A program made the position numbers and the translations under genes. Positions 21,520 to 32,600 of a DNA stretch of 64,000 nt are shown here, in pieces (position 1 is the first letter of the stretch; each line of letters opens with the position of its first letter). Where the stretch lies: positions 36,518,001 through 36,582,000 of the forward strand of contig OZ024759.1 in NCBI GenBank assembly GCA_964016885.1. The letters are read 5' to 3'. The notes beneath the pieces are model-generated. The model was not told the origin of the DNA. It saw only the letters and a program-made list of their open reading frames with translations, and did not search any database. The stretch comes from Eledone cirrhosa. Taxonomy: Eukaryota.

Positions 21520-24500
21520 CATACATATATATATATACATATATATATATACACATATATACATATACATACATATATATATACATACATACATACATAT
21601 ATACATACATATATACATGGTGGCTGCCAACTCGTTTTCGAGTACGGCCACTACTTTATATCCATATAGGAGAACCCCTACCGATGCGCTGAACGAGCGT
21701 GACTTTTTAGTCCAGCCAGCGACTTGAAAACTCTGGTACAAACACTACACTTGTGACAATTATTGACACATAGTGCTGGGCCCATGGTACCATGTGATGA
21801 CAAGTGCAGAGAGATCTCCAGATATAAAGCAATGCCTGTGCCGTGAAGCTTTTATAGTGAGCAAAGGCACTGCACAAAGCCAGTCCCACTCTCTTAACCA
21901 AGATGATATTTACCAAAAAGAAGAACAAATCAACATCATTGGATACCATCAGGGTTGCAGGTGTTATATCAGAGTTTTCCTTCTCCTAGAATTCTGCCTT
22001 GACAAAGGCTAAGGGGTCATCTCTCCCGGTGATTTTGGATGGCCATTGACTCTTAAGAGCTTCTTTGACAGGTTTTGTTTTTAGTCCTGCAGGATGTCCA
22101 AAGTCACCCTCCTCACCAAGATACCTTGGTGGGGTTGCCAGTTTAGTCGCCAACGACCCGACCATGAGGCAGGTTGTACTGGGATACATGTTACCAGTAG
22201 CACCAACTGGTGACCTGACATACATATATATATATATATATACACACACATACATACACACACATATATATATATTGAGTTTTAGATGAACCCGCTTAAG
22301 GTGAAAGCAGAAATTCATTGCTAATCTTACTAATAATAAATATATCATCATCATCATCATCATCATCAGGTTTAGCGTCCGTGTTCCACGCTTGCATGGG
22401 TTTGGACGGGGGTTTTCCCACTTGAGGCAAGAGTGGTTGTCTTGCTCGCATAGGACTGTCTGGCGGGTTTTCTACAGTTGGATGCCCTTCCTAACACCAA
22501 CCACATTTACAGTGTGGGGCTGGGAGGTTTTTACCGTGTTGCCTACACGGCCACATTACAGCGTGGACTGTCTGGCGGGTTTTCTACAGCTGGATGCCCT
22601 TCCTAACACCAACCACATTTACAGTGTGGGGCTGGGAGGTTTTTACCGTGTTGCCTACACGGCCACATTTACAGCGTGGACTGTGTGTTTTTTGTCGTGA
22701 CACCTACACGATCTCATTTGTTTCGGCCTGGATGTTGTGGGACCAACATAACTGTACATTGAAAGGGGCGGTGTGGATGGGGTGGAGGTGGTGGGACGGG
22801 GGGGTGTTTTGATAGAGATGCCTACTGACTGTAGTAGGTTTTTACTTTGTATTTAGGTAAGGCGGGTCTTCTCTATTACTGAGTACCGCCAAAGGTCTCG
22901 GTCCAGTGACATTGTCTTGGAGAGGTGTAAGCGTGTGAGGTCGGAATTTATCAGCTTGTCCCATGTTTTTCTGGGTCTGCCTACTCCGTGGCTACCGTCT
23001 ATCTTTATTGCCCTGCACTTTGTTATACAGCTGTCGTCTTTCATGCGCATCACGTGACCGTACCAACGTAGCCTTCTCTCGAGTAAACAACATCTGATCC
23101 CTCTTATTTCTAATTTTTTCCTTAGTTCGTTTATGCTTTGCCGTTCACGTATATTACTATTGCACATCCAGCGGAGCATGCAAGCTTCGTTCCTCTCTAG
23201 TCTGCGTATATCCTCTGCACACAATGCCCAGGTCTCACTGCCATGCAGCATTGCTGTTCGTATGCAGGCATCGTATAACCTGCCTTTCATTTTTAGGGAG
23301 AACCCTCTAGCGGCTAATAGTGGTATAAGCTCTCTGAACTTTTTCCATCCAGTTCTGACTCTAGCTACTGTACTTTCAGAGCACCCTCCCCCACTGCTGA
23401 TTTTGTCACCCAGGTAACGGAAGCTGTCCACTATTTCTATAGAACCCTCTGCGCAGTTGAAGGAGCTAGTATTTTGTGGGCACTTGCTGCTACTTATTGC
23501 ACCAGAGCACCGGCCACATGTAAAATCTATGTTCTTAGTTAGCTTACCTGTGATCCCACTACATCTTTTATGCACCCATACTTTGCATTTGGGACATAAA
23601 ATTGAGTTTCTACCTATATATATATATATATATATATAAACACATACATGCATACATATATATATACACACACATACATACACACATATATATATACAAC
23701 ACACACATGTATATGAAAAATACTGTCTTTCTCCTCAGGTCGTGTTTGTGTCCCAATAGATCCAACAGATGTCGAAAACTTTGATCCATTTGCTGTTCCC
23801 ACAATTTCGTAAGTAACAACTAAATACAACTTCAATACTTGTGTGTGGGACCTTGGGCAAGTATCTCTACGATAGCTTCGGTTTGACCAGTTTGGTAGAC
23901 AGAAGCTGTGTGGATGCTTTTCCTGTGCCACCATAAAATACATCCAGTACATACTGTAAAGCAGGGGTTGGCAATCTTTTCGGGTTTGTGTGCTTTATTG
24001 CTATGCTGTGTCTCGTCAGCAGGTCACATAGCTATACTGTGTCTCGTCAGCAGGTTACATAGCTATGCTGTGTCTCGTCTGTGGACCACATAGCTATGCT
24101 GTGTCTCATCTGTGGACCACATAGCTATGCTGTGACTCGTCAGCAGGCCACATAGCTATGCAGTGTCTCATCTGTGGACCACATAGCTATGCAGTGTCTC
24201 GTCTGTGGACCACATAGCTATGCTGTGTCTCGTCTGTGGACCACATAGCTATGCTGTGACTCGTCAGCAGGCCACATAGCTATGCAGTGTCTCATCTGTG
24301 GACCACATAGCTATGCAGTGTCTCATCTGTGGACCACATGGCTATGCAGTGTCTCATCTGTGGACCACATAGCTATGCTGTGTCTCATCTGTGGACCACA
24401 TAGCTATGCTGTGTCTCATCTGTGGACCACATAGCTATGCTGTGTCTCATCTGTGAACCACATAGCTATGCAGTGGCTCATCTGTGGACCACATAGCTAT

Positions 24501-26562
24501 GCTGTGACTCGTCAGCAGGCCACATAGCTATGCAGTGTCTCATCTGTGGACCACATGGCTATGCTGTGTCTCATCTGTGGACCACATAGCTATGCAGTGT
24601 CTCATCTGTGGACCACATAGCTATGCAGTGTCTCATCTGTGGACCACATGGCTATGCTGTGTCTCATCTGTGGACCACATAGCTATGCTGTGTCTCGTCA
24701 GCAGGCCACATAGCTATGCTGTGTCTCGTCAGCAGGCCACATAGCTATGCTGTGTCTCATCTGTGGACCACATAGCTATGCAGTGTCTCATCTGTGGACC
24801 ACATGGCTATGCTGTGTCTCATCTGTGGACCACATAGCTATGCTGTGTCTCGTCAGCAGGCCACATAGCTATGCTGTGTCTCATCTGTGGACCACATAGC
24901 TATGCAGTGGCTCATCTGTGGACCACATAGCTATGCTGTGTCTCGTCAGCAGGCCACATAGCTATGCTGTGTCTCATCTGTGGACCACATAGCTATGCAG
25001 TGTCTCATCTGTGGACCACATAGCTATGCTGTGTCTCATCTGTGGACCACATAGCTATGCAGTGTCTCATCTGTGGACCACATAGCTATGCAGTGTCTCA
25101 TCTGTGGACCACATAGCTATGCAGTGGCTCATCTGTGGACCACATAGCTATGCAGTGGCTCATCTGTGGACCACATAGCTATGCAGTGGCTCATCTGTGG
25201 ACCACATAGCTATGCAGTGGCTCATCTGTGGACCACATAGCTATGCTGTGTCTCGCCAGCAGGCCACATAGCTATGCTGTGTCTCATCTGTGGACCACAT
25301 AGCTATGCTGTGTCTCATCTGTGGACCACATAGCTATGCTGTGTCTCATCTGTGGACCACATAGCTATGCTGTCTCATCTGTGGACCACATAGCTATGCT
25401 GTGTCTCATCTGTGGACCACATAGCTATGCAGTGGCTCATCTGTGGACCACATAGCTATGCTGTGTCTCGCCAGCAGGCCACATAGCTATGCTGTGTCTC
25501 ATCTGTGGACCACATAGCTATGCTGTGTCTCATCTGTGGACCACATAGCTATGCTGTGTCTCATCTGTGGACCACATAGCTATGCAGTGTCTCATGTGTG
25601 GACCACATAGCTATGCTGTCTCATCTGTGGACCACATAGCTATGCAGTGTCTCATCTGTCGACCACATAGCTATGCTGTGACTCGTCAGCAGGCCACATA
25701 GCTATGTTGTGTCTCATCTGTGGACCACATAGCTATGCGGTGTCTCGTCAGCAGGCCACATAGCTATGTTGTGTCTCATCTGTGGACCACATAGCTATGC
25801 TGTGTCTCGTCAGCAGGCCACATAGCTATGTTGTGTCTCGTCTGTGGACCACATAGCTATGCTGTGTCTCGTCAGCAGGCCACATAGCTATGTTGTGTCT
25901 CGTCAGCAGGCCACATAGCTATGTTGTGTCTCATCTGTGGACCACATAGCTATGCTGTGTCTCGTCAGCAGGCCACATAGCTATGTTGTGTCTCGTCTGT
26001 GGACCACATAGCTATGCAGTGTCTCGTCTGTGGACCACATAGCTATGCAGTGTCTCGTCTGTGGACCACATAGCTATGCAGTGTCTCGTCTGTGGACCAC
26101 ATAGCTATGCAGTGTCTCGTCTGTGGACCACATAGCTATGCAGTGTCTCATCTGTATTTGCTAGATAAAGCAGTTAGTACACTCCTGGTTAACTCAACCA
26201 TAGGGGAGTTTGGGACAATATAATAATGAAATACACACACATAATATATATATATATGTATATACTATAAGAATAAAGGAACAAAGAGTCAGTGTTGCAT
26301 CATAACATATTTAATTACATATGTTTCACTGTCAATCAGCTCAAGGGACGATCTATTATTGATCGAACCTGACTCTGGAATTGAAAGATCCTCAGATATG
26401 CCTCCGTATGTGATCTCGTTTCAGATTCTTTCATACATCTACATATATATATACACACACACACACCGATCCAGACGTATATTATTATTGTCTGGGATCC
26501 AGAAACCTTTGGTAATATTTTGTGTTGTTCACTTTCTAATTAAATATATATATATATCTATG

Positions 26563-26651
<89 letters not shown>

Positions 26652-29636
26652 TGTCTTTTTTTCTCTCTAGCCAACTGATTGATGAAATAAACACAACGTC
26701 CCAGAATGAGGAAACTTTAAAGATCAAAGGTCAGTATCTCTCTCTCTTACCTTCCTCTCTTTCACTCTTACTCTCTCCTCTTCTCTTTATGAAATCTTCA
26801 TGGTAGTGTTGCTGTCAAAAGCTGTTTTTTTGTTGTTCTTTTGTTATTATTATACCAGTAATTCACTGGAATAATTGCTGGCCTTGTGTCATAAGTAGAA
26901 ACAATTATTATTATTGTTATTATCATTTAGTTGGTGTTGGTTTGGCAGAATCGTTAGAGCATCAGATAAAATGTTTTGCAGCATTCTGTTATTGCTCTAC
27001 AATCAGGGTTTGACTAAATAAAGTACCAGTCATGTACTAGGGTCATTATATTCAACTGTTCTCCTTGTAAACAATTCCTCCCACACACCTCATCACAATT
27101 CATGAAAAACAATTGTACTCTCTCTCACTACAGAATCTAGTCTTATATTTAACCCTTTACCATTTATATCACTCTATATATACTATTATATTTTCGCAGT
27201 AAAGGTTTTATCTTACATAATATCAATTCTATGAGATTTTGATATTATTTATTTTGAGAACAATACCTTAACATCAGTATGAGTAGCAAGTTACAGCCAG
27301 TTTAAACAGCCAGAGGTGAAAGAATTCTGGCTGGATATGGCTGGTTTAAATGCTCAGGGGTTAACCCTTCTATATATGTATGTATGGACCTGTAACTGCT
27401 TTTGGAGTCATAGTGGTGCCATTGTGACGTTTCCTGGCCATTTTTTAAAAACCTGGTCAAGCCCATCGCATGGTCTAGTGGTAAGTGTGTTGGATTTACA
27501 ATCATATTGTTGTGTTTTCAGTTCCTGGACTGGGTTGTGTGTTGTGTTTTTGAGCAAAACACTTCATTTCACATTTCTCCAGTATTCTCAGCTTTAAAAT
27601 GAGTACCAGTTATAGCTGGAGGTTTAACCCTTTAGCATTTACATTACTCTATATATACTATTGTATTTTCACAGTAAAGCTTTACCTCACATAATATCTC
27701 ACATAACATTTACATTACTCTATATATACTATTGTATTTTCACAGTAAAGGCTTTACCTCACATAATATCTCACATAATATCGAATCTATGAGATTTTGA
27801 TATTATTTATTTTGAAAACAATACCTTAATGTCAGTATGAGCGGCCAGTACAGCCGGTTTAAAATAATCACTGAGTGTTGGTTTAAATGCCTTACACAAG
27901 CAGGGGTCAACTACATGTTCACTTAAAATTAGTATCAGTGACCAGTTACTGCCGGTTTGAACAGAAAGAGGTGACACAATTCTGGCCGGTTTAAATGCTA
28001 AAGGGTTAACCCCGTAATGGACTGGCATCCTGTCCAGAGGAAGTTTTGTACTCTCAATCACCATGGAAACCGGAATAAGTACTGATCTGATGAGCCTCCG
28101 GGCTCGAGACAGACTTTAGAAGTTCATAACTTCACCAGGTCTGAACACAGCTAATTTCTTTCAGAGAAGAAGAAAGAGTAAGAGAGCGATATGTGGCGGA
28201 AGAATTGACCCCTATACAGAACTGGTACATATTATTGACCTCAAAAGCATGAAAAGCAAAGTTGATCTTAGGAGTTTGAACTCATAGAACCAGAAGAAAT
28301 ACCACGAAGTATTCTAACTGACGTTCTTCTGGCTCTGCCAATTCATAGCCTTTAAACCTTCTATTCTTCCCACTGAAAAAACATGTTTTTTAGATTATAA
28401 GAAAACTTCTTTGAAGAAAAGTGTGGAATTATTTGAAAATTTCTTGAAAAAACTGAAGAAAACTTGGGAAGGTGCCATGATCAAAGAGAGTGGTATGTAT
28501 TATTCTATTACTATCTATTTACTTAGCATATGGTGAAGGCCTTTAGCTTTGTGGTTAGTGTGTTGGGCTTATGATCGTGACGTGATGAGTTCAGTTTCCA
28601 TGCCTGGTGGTGCAATGTGTCCTTGAACAAAACACTTTATTTCACATTAATCCAATTCATTCAGCTGGCAAAAATAAGTTGTTCTTGTAATGCGAGGGTC
28701 TAGTCCTTAGATCCTGTCAGACAACCTCTATAGAGTTAGTTTCACGAGGAATAGACCTAGTTCATGCTGTAAAGTAGTTGTTGATAGAAAAAGAATCAAG
28801 TCAAGAGGCAAAAATGAGCAGTAATTTGCTAACCTCTGCTGACCCATCAGCAAGATGGTGTTATGGTTGCAAGTCGAAACACCCAATGAACATTAGACAC
28901 CGTCTGATGACCTCAACACCTGGTCAAGGCTATGTTTACTGAAGGTGAATGAATGTAAGGCATCTTCTTGGTATAATTATGCCTATATATCATCATCATC
29001 ATCTTCGTTTAACGTCCATCTTCCATGCTAGCATGAGTTAGACGGTATATATATATATATAATGTTCAATCTGTACAAGCATGGAAAAATGATGATATAC
29101 TCAATCCATAAAAAAATAATAATAATAAAAATTATTGTTTACAGGGCTCAGGTGCACTACAACTCATCAAAGTTACATGTATAGTACTTAGAATAATGTA
29201 CAAACGTCAGGAGAGTGAACAGTGTATAGAGGGGGAATGTCAGGTGTAGTGATGGCGAATTTCAGGAAGCATGGAAGTTTTGAAGGATGCAGTGTCCCAG
29301 AAGCTAACAACTGATGCAGGTAGTTTGTTCTATGCTTCAGCAACTCTCAGTGTGAAAAAATATGGAGTTCATTGTATGTACAAACATGACATAATATACT
29401 CAATACATGTAGACTTGTTCATTTATTTACGAAAAACATGGGCGGAGGTGGTGAGAGCAGACCTCAGATCGCTGAAGCTTGCGGAGGAGATGGCGAAGGA
29501 CCGTGACAAGTGGAGTGATGCTGTGCTGAATAGGACCCGTCCCACCCTTGCAAGCAGGGAAAAGGGGACGTAAAATGATGATGATGGTTGACTCAGTTCT
29601 TTTTTATTTATTTCAGATCTAAGAATGGAATTATAA
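7014..29636 (+). CDS. PRIM1: DNA primase small (catalytic) subunit, 13 coding exons, 1221 nt / 406 aa (whole-gene span)
   Basis: join(7014-7125,8451-8608,10447-10553,11096-11169,12322-12458,12947-13005,13433-13542,14563-14651,17839-17965,23739-23808,26671-26729,28394-28492,29617-29636). All phases are consistent. Motifs [37 protein letters not shown] and [15 protein letters not shown] are present. Confidence 0.97.
7218..7374. mobile_element. 157-bp hAT-type MITE with 8-bp target-site duplication
   Basis: TIRs CAGTGCTGGATTT / AAATCCGACACTG, flanked by TCTACTGC at 7210-7217 and 7375-7382. Confidence 0.85.
8451..8608 (+). CDS. PRIM1: PRIM1 exon 2
   Basis: [38 protein letters not shown]; AG/GT borders. 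Confidence 0.96.
8631..8798. mobile_element. Tc1/mariner(pogo/Tc2)-type MITE
   Basis: TIRs CTGTATTTCCCGGTG / CGCCAGGAAATACGG, flanked by TA on both sides. Confidence 0.75.
8808..9100. repeat. ~48-bp degenerate minisatellite (GTAAAGTGGTAGTGTT..CACCCAGTACACTCT); related arrays at 12487-12630 and 30770-31190(-)
   Basis: Tandem copies; the unit resembles the dispersed AAAAGCACCCAG..CTGTAAA retroposon-tail sequence. Confidence 0.75.
9436..10124. mobile_element. piggyBac-type MITE (TTAA-CCCTTTAGCATTTA..TAAATGCTAAAGGG-TTAA) with an internal 72-bp unit amplified about 8 times
   Basis: TTAA at both ends and CCC/GGG-type termini. More than 12 family members occur in the window, e.g. 17979-18192, 27149-27364, 45742-45935, 51297-51490, 52659-52861. 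Confidence 0.85.
10447..10553 (+). CDS. PRIM1: PRIM1 exon 3 (catalytic DxD motif)
   Basis: [35 protein letters not shown]. Confidence 0.97.
11096..11169 (+). CDS. PRIM1: PRIM1 exon 4
   Basis: [24 protein letters not shown]. Confidence 0.95.
11680..11778 (-). ncRNA. Type I hammerhead ribozyme motif, U3-A8 core variant, family 1 (left arm of fold-back)
   Basis: Minus strand reads ACTCC-TTGATAA-G..long stem II..C-GAAAC-AGCTAGGTC-GTC-GGAGT; stem I ACTCC/GGAGT is perfect. Confidence 0.6.
11930..12034 (+). ncRNA. Type I hammerhead ribozyme motif, U3-A8 core variant, family 1 (right arm, sense to PRIM1)
   Basis: ACCCG-TTGATAA(11942-11948)-G-TT-CAGCTAGAT..ATCTAGCTG-T-C-GAAAC(12005)-AGC-CGGAGCTCA-GCC-GTC(12025-12027)-GGGGT. 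Confidence 0.6.
12322..12458 (+). CDS. PRIM1: PRIM1 exon 5
   Basis: [45 protein letters not shown]. Confidence 0.97.
12947..13005 (+). CDS. PRIM1: PRIM1 exon 6
   Basis: [19 protein letters not shown]. Confidence 0.95.
13433..13542 (+). CDS. PRIM1: PRIM1 exon 7
   Basis: [36 protein letters not shown]; followed by U12 donor ATATCCTTT. Confidence 0.93.
13917..14340 (+). mobile_element. RTE LINE 3' end (same family as 19103-20268)
   Basis: Near-identical to 19831-20268; ends in (GAT)n. Confidence 0.85.
14352..14543 (+). mobile_element. tRNA-derived CORE-like SINE family B (other copies 4808-4930, 6038-6230(-), 27466-28120)
   Basis: Box A TGGCTTAGTGG, box B GAGTTCAATTC and CORE-like TGTTTCCTTGAGCAAGACACTT. 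Confidence 0.8.
14563..14651 (+). CDS. PRIM1: PRIM1 exon 8
   Basis: (N)[29 protein letters not shown], colinear with the NSxxRWxxLKK segment of PRIM1 orthologues; donor GTAAGT. Confidence 0.88.
14655..15011. repeat. Compound (AGT/GGT/AGC)n trinucleotide microsatellite
   Basis: About 120 triplets; source of the poly-S/G, poly-V and poly-L/P ORFs. Confidence 0.95.
15013..15699. mobile_element. piggyBac-type MITE in opposite orientation to 9436-10124, with an internal 60-bp unit repeated 9 times
   Basis: TTAA at 15013-15016 and 15696-15699; almost identical 60-mers at 15148-15688. Confidence 0.88.
15913..17510 (-). mobile_element. 5'-truncated CR1-clade LINE: uninterrupted RT/C-terminal ORF (17510-16197), duplicated 3' UTR and (ATT)n tail
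   Basis: Motifs [48 protein letters not shown] and [19 protein letters not shown]. Short 3'-end copies lie at 9140-9212, 13165-13392, 29117-29360 and 46935-47215. Confidence 0.93.
17839..17965 (+). CDS. PRIM1: PRIM1 exon 9
   Basis: [42 protein letters not shown]. Confidence 0.97.
19103..20268 (+). mobile_element. 5'-truncated RTE-clade LINE (Cys/His finger, RT C-terminus and 3' UTR), copy A
   Basis: [37 protein letters not shown] and GRPRKTW; (GAT)n tail. Confidence 0.9.
20281..20332 (+). ncRNA. Minimal hammerhead motif, family 2, second copy
   Basis: GGCTTTC-CTGATGA-12 nt-GAAAC-TGTTCTAGACTT-GTA-GAAGCC. Confidence 0.5.
20729..21932. repeat. ~315-bp direct duplication (20729-21045 and 21617-21932) separated by a ~570-bp (TA/TACA)n microsatellite
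   Basis: Both copies run GGTGGCTGCCAACTCG..AAAGAAGAACAA with few substitutions. Confidence 0.92.
21950..22220 (-). mobile_element. Probable 5' non-coding region of an RTE-type LINE
   Basis: Minus-strand CTAGGAGAAGGAAAACTCTGA motif, recalled from RTE 5' regions; a related copy lies at 54755-54850. Confidence 0.5.
22344..23616 (-). mobile_element. 5'-truncated RTE-clade LINE, copy B (inverted relative to copy A)
   Basis: The ORF differs from copy A at 9 of about 253 aa; the 3' UTR carries an internal ~114-bp duplication. Confidence 0.9.
23739..23808 (+). CDS. PRIM1: PRIM1 exon 10
   Basis: [22 protein letters not shown]. Confidence 0.96.
23998..26155. repeat. 31-bp satellite (GACCACATAGCTATGCWGTGTCTCATCTGTG), about 70 copies, PRIM1 intron 10
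   Basis: Period of 31 counted directly; a variant unit carries GTCAGCAGGCC. Confidence 0.97.
26671..26729 (+). CDS. PRIM1: PRIM1 exon 11
   Basis: [19 protein letters not shown]; phases 2/1 fit the neighbouring exons. Confidence 0.88.
27624..28009. mobile_element. piggyBac-type MITE inserted at a TTAA inside a SINE
   Basis: GCTGGAGGT-TTAA[MITE]TTAA-CCCCGTAATGG; the uninterrupted site GCTGGAGGTTTAACCCTGCAATG occurs at 43811. Confidence 0.85.
28394..28492 (+). CDS. PRIM1: PRIM1 exon 12
   Basis: [32 protein letters not shown]. Confidence 0.95.
29617..29636 (+). CDS. PRIM1: PRIM1 exon 13 (terminal, DLRMEL*)
   Basis: Polypyrimidine-CAG acceptor, phase 1, matches the short DLxxxx C-terminus of orthologues; TAA at 29634-29636. 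Confidence 0.82.
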
Positions 29637-32600
29637 TGAAATGTAAAGAATATTTGGAGAAAAGCTGACATTTGGTTATCTTATATTCTGGAAGATTTTT
29701 ATTATTATTATTTGAGGCCCGTAGGGTGGTGGATTGGCAAAATCAATGGAGCGTCGGACACCATGCTTTGCAGCATAGAGTTACAGTCTGAGTTCAAATC
29801 CCGCCGAGGTTAACTTTGCCTTTCATCCTTACTAGGTCGATAAAATAAAGTACCAGTAATGCACTGGGGTCGATTTAATCGACTTTCCCCTCCCCCCAAA
29901 TTGTGCCTATACTAGAAATCATTATTTGAGGGGATAACTTTGCCTTTCATGTTTCTGTGGTTGATAAAGAGGTGGAATGACCGAATTGGTAGAGTTTCAG
30001 ATGAAATGTCTTGTGGTGTTTGTTCTGTTTCTTTGTTTTCCTGAGTTCAAATCCCGTTGATGTTAACTAACTTTGCCCTACTTGTTTCCTGGATTGGCCA
30101 TGTATCAATAAAGTATCAATCATAGAACATAATGAAGCTCGGCTTTGGCATATGACTGAATCCTTTTTGCCATTTAGTTGCAGCTTTCTACATTCTGGGT
30201 TCAAATCCCACCAAGGTCAACTGTTTTTTTATTGTTACGGGGTCAATAAAATAAAGTATCAGTAATACACTGGGGTTGGTTTAACTGAATTTCAAATTAC
30301 TGGCCTTGTCCCCAAATTAGATACAATTATTATTATTGTACATATTTGTATCTTTTTTAAAATAAATAAATAAAAAATCTATATATGAGCTTTGTGTTAT
30401 TATTAGGGTGGTGGATTGGTAGAATCGGTAGAGTGTCAGACATGCTTTGCAGCATAGAGTTGTGGCACTATACATTCTGAGTTCAAATCCCGCCGAGGTT
30501 AGCTTTGCCTTTCATCCTTACTGGGTCGATAAAATAAAGTACCAGTAATACACTGGGCTCGATTTAATCGACTTTATCTCTTCCCCTTCATTTGCTGGTC
30601 TTGTGCCTAAAGTACAAACAATTATTATTATTATGAGAGTATGTATGTTCACTTATGTGCATTGGTGAGACAGGTCAGGTTAACGTGTCTAGTTTAAACA
30701 CTCTGATTTTGGCTTAGTTTTATGACTGGATGCCCTAACTTAAGGTCAACTAGCTTACAGAATGGACTGGGTGCTTTTTTGTTGTGGCACCAGCAGTACC
30801 ACCCTACAGGGTGTACTTGGAGCTATTTCTTGTGACAACAAGACTATCACCTTACTGGGGATTATATCGTGGCATCAGTACTACCGCCTTACAGGTTGAA
30901 CTGGATGCGTTTTATTGTGATACCCTCACTACCACCATACAGGGTGTACTTGGTGCTATTTCTTGTGACACTTTACTGGGTGCTTTTTGTTGTGACACCA
31001 GTACTACCTCCTTACTGAGTGGTTTTTTTTTTAGGGGGGGGGGGCACCAACACTACCACCCTACAGGGTGTACTGGGTGCTTTTTGTTGTGACACAAACA
31101 CTACAACCCTCCAGGGCGCTATTCCTTTTGATATCAGCACTATCACCTTACTGGGTGCTTTTTGTTGTGGTACAACCACTACCACCATACACATAAACAT
31201 GTATATCACAGTAATTAGAAGGAACGGAAATTGTAAAAAAAAAGTGAATAAAAAGTTTTTTTAATGCTTTCTGATTTAGGTACAATACCAACAATTTTAG
31301 GGTAGGAGCAATGTTGGATATGAGACCCCTTACTCGTAAAAAAAAACAAATTTGGCAGAAAGATGCCCCCCCTCCCCCCCAGCAGAGCCCTGTGCTTAAG
31401 CACGGTGGTAAATCCGGCGATGGGATGGATGGGGAAGATGATTAAATCGACCATACTGCGTTACTAGTACTGTATTTTATCGATCCCATAAGCATGAAAT
31501 AATTGTTTCTACTTTTGGCACAAGGCCAGTAATTACCCAGTGCATTACTGGTACTTTATTTTATCGACCCCGTAAGGATGAAAGGCAAAGTTAACCTCGG
31601 CGGGATTTGAACTCAGAATGGCAAGGGCCGTAACTATGCGTCAAAGCATGGCGTCCGACTCTCTACCGATACTGCCAAATGAAATAATGATCGTATACAA
31701 CAGTGGTTCTCTCACACACACGACCAACAGCAATCGTTATGTATAAATCAATAAATTTATTAAATACATGTATTGAGCACTCTGCAATGTTGCTGAAATC
31801 ACTTGTAAAGTAATTTATTATTGGTGGATCGGGTTCGATAAAATAAAGTACCAATATACTGGGTAATTGCTGGCCCTGTGCCTAAAGTAGAAACAATTAT
31901 TATTGGTGGATCGACAGTATCGGTAGAGCGTCGGTATATGCTTTGCGGCATATAGTTACGGTTCTTTACGGACTGAGTTCAAATCCCGCCGAGGTTAGCT
32001 TTGCCTTTCATCCTTACAGAGCGAATAAAATAAAGTACCAGTAATGCACCGAGGACGGTTTAATCGACTTGTTCCTCCCTCAAAAAGTAATTATATATAT
32101 ATATATGATTTTATATATATATACATATATACACACACACATACATATATCTATAATGATATATATATATATATTATCAGTAACAGAAATTTTCTTTTCA
32201 TCTGAATCGACGATCCGCTTCTTTCGTACATCCCCCCCACACACAAAAGTTAACATCTCTCCTCCACATCCTGGGAGGCTCATCCGGTCATTCCTTATCC
32301 TGGTTGACGACTTCCCTCTAGACAATAAAAAAAAAGTTTGAATTAATTCAAGCTAGGAAGACAGGGAAAATTATATCTTTTAAAAACATTTTTTTTTATT
32401 CATGTAGAGTGGCGGGAAAAGTAGAATGATGAATGATTTTGAATTAACTCCCTTGAAGATCATTCGATGGTTTCAAAAAACCGGTCTTTCATCGAATTAT
32501 TCAAATATTACTAGGATTATTGTTAGTGTGAATCTCCACCGTGTTAATTTTTTTAAATCTTTGCGGGTTTAATAAAATAAGTAATTAAATCAAGTACTGG

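Noticed and set aside
20819-21741. Long ORFs of 180-280 aa (YI/HT/CVCM-rich)
   Set aside because: Translations of a (TA/TACA)n microsatellite.
22090-22220. HDV-like ribozyme in the RTE 5' region (minus strand; ACC-TGCCTCAT-GGT and CCAGT/ACTGG)
   Set aside because: P3- and P2-like pairings exist, but no P1 partner was found and the spacing does not fit the nested double pseudoknot.
23998-26155. CRISPR-like array of palindromic ~30-bp repeats
   Set aside because: Units are contiguous with no unique spacers, there are no cas genes, and the context is a eukaryotic intron. It is a satellite.
28086-28115. CTGATGAG hammerhead-like motif
   Set aside because: It is followed by GAGAC rather than GAAAC, has no stems I/III, and is part of a SINE tail whose paralog near 43905 lacks the motif.
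32080-32325. Minus-strand 81-aa ORF as a gene divergent from KPNB1
   Set aside because: No homology recognised; part resembles the SINE tail (AACCAGGATAAG..GATGAGCCT) and the rest runs into microsatellite.
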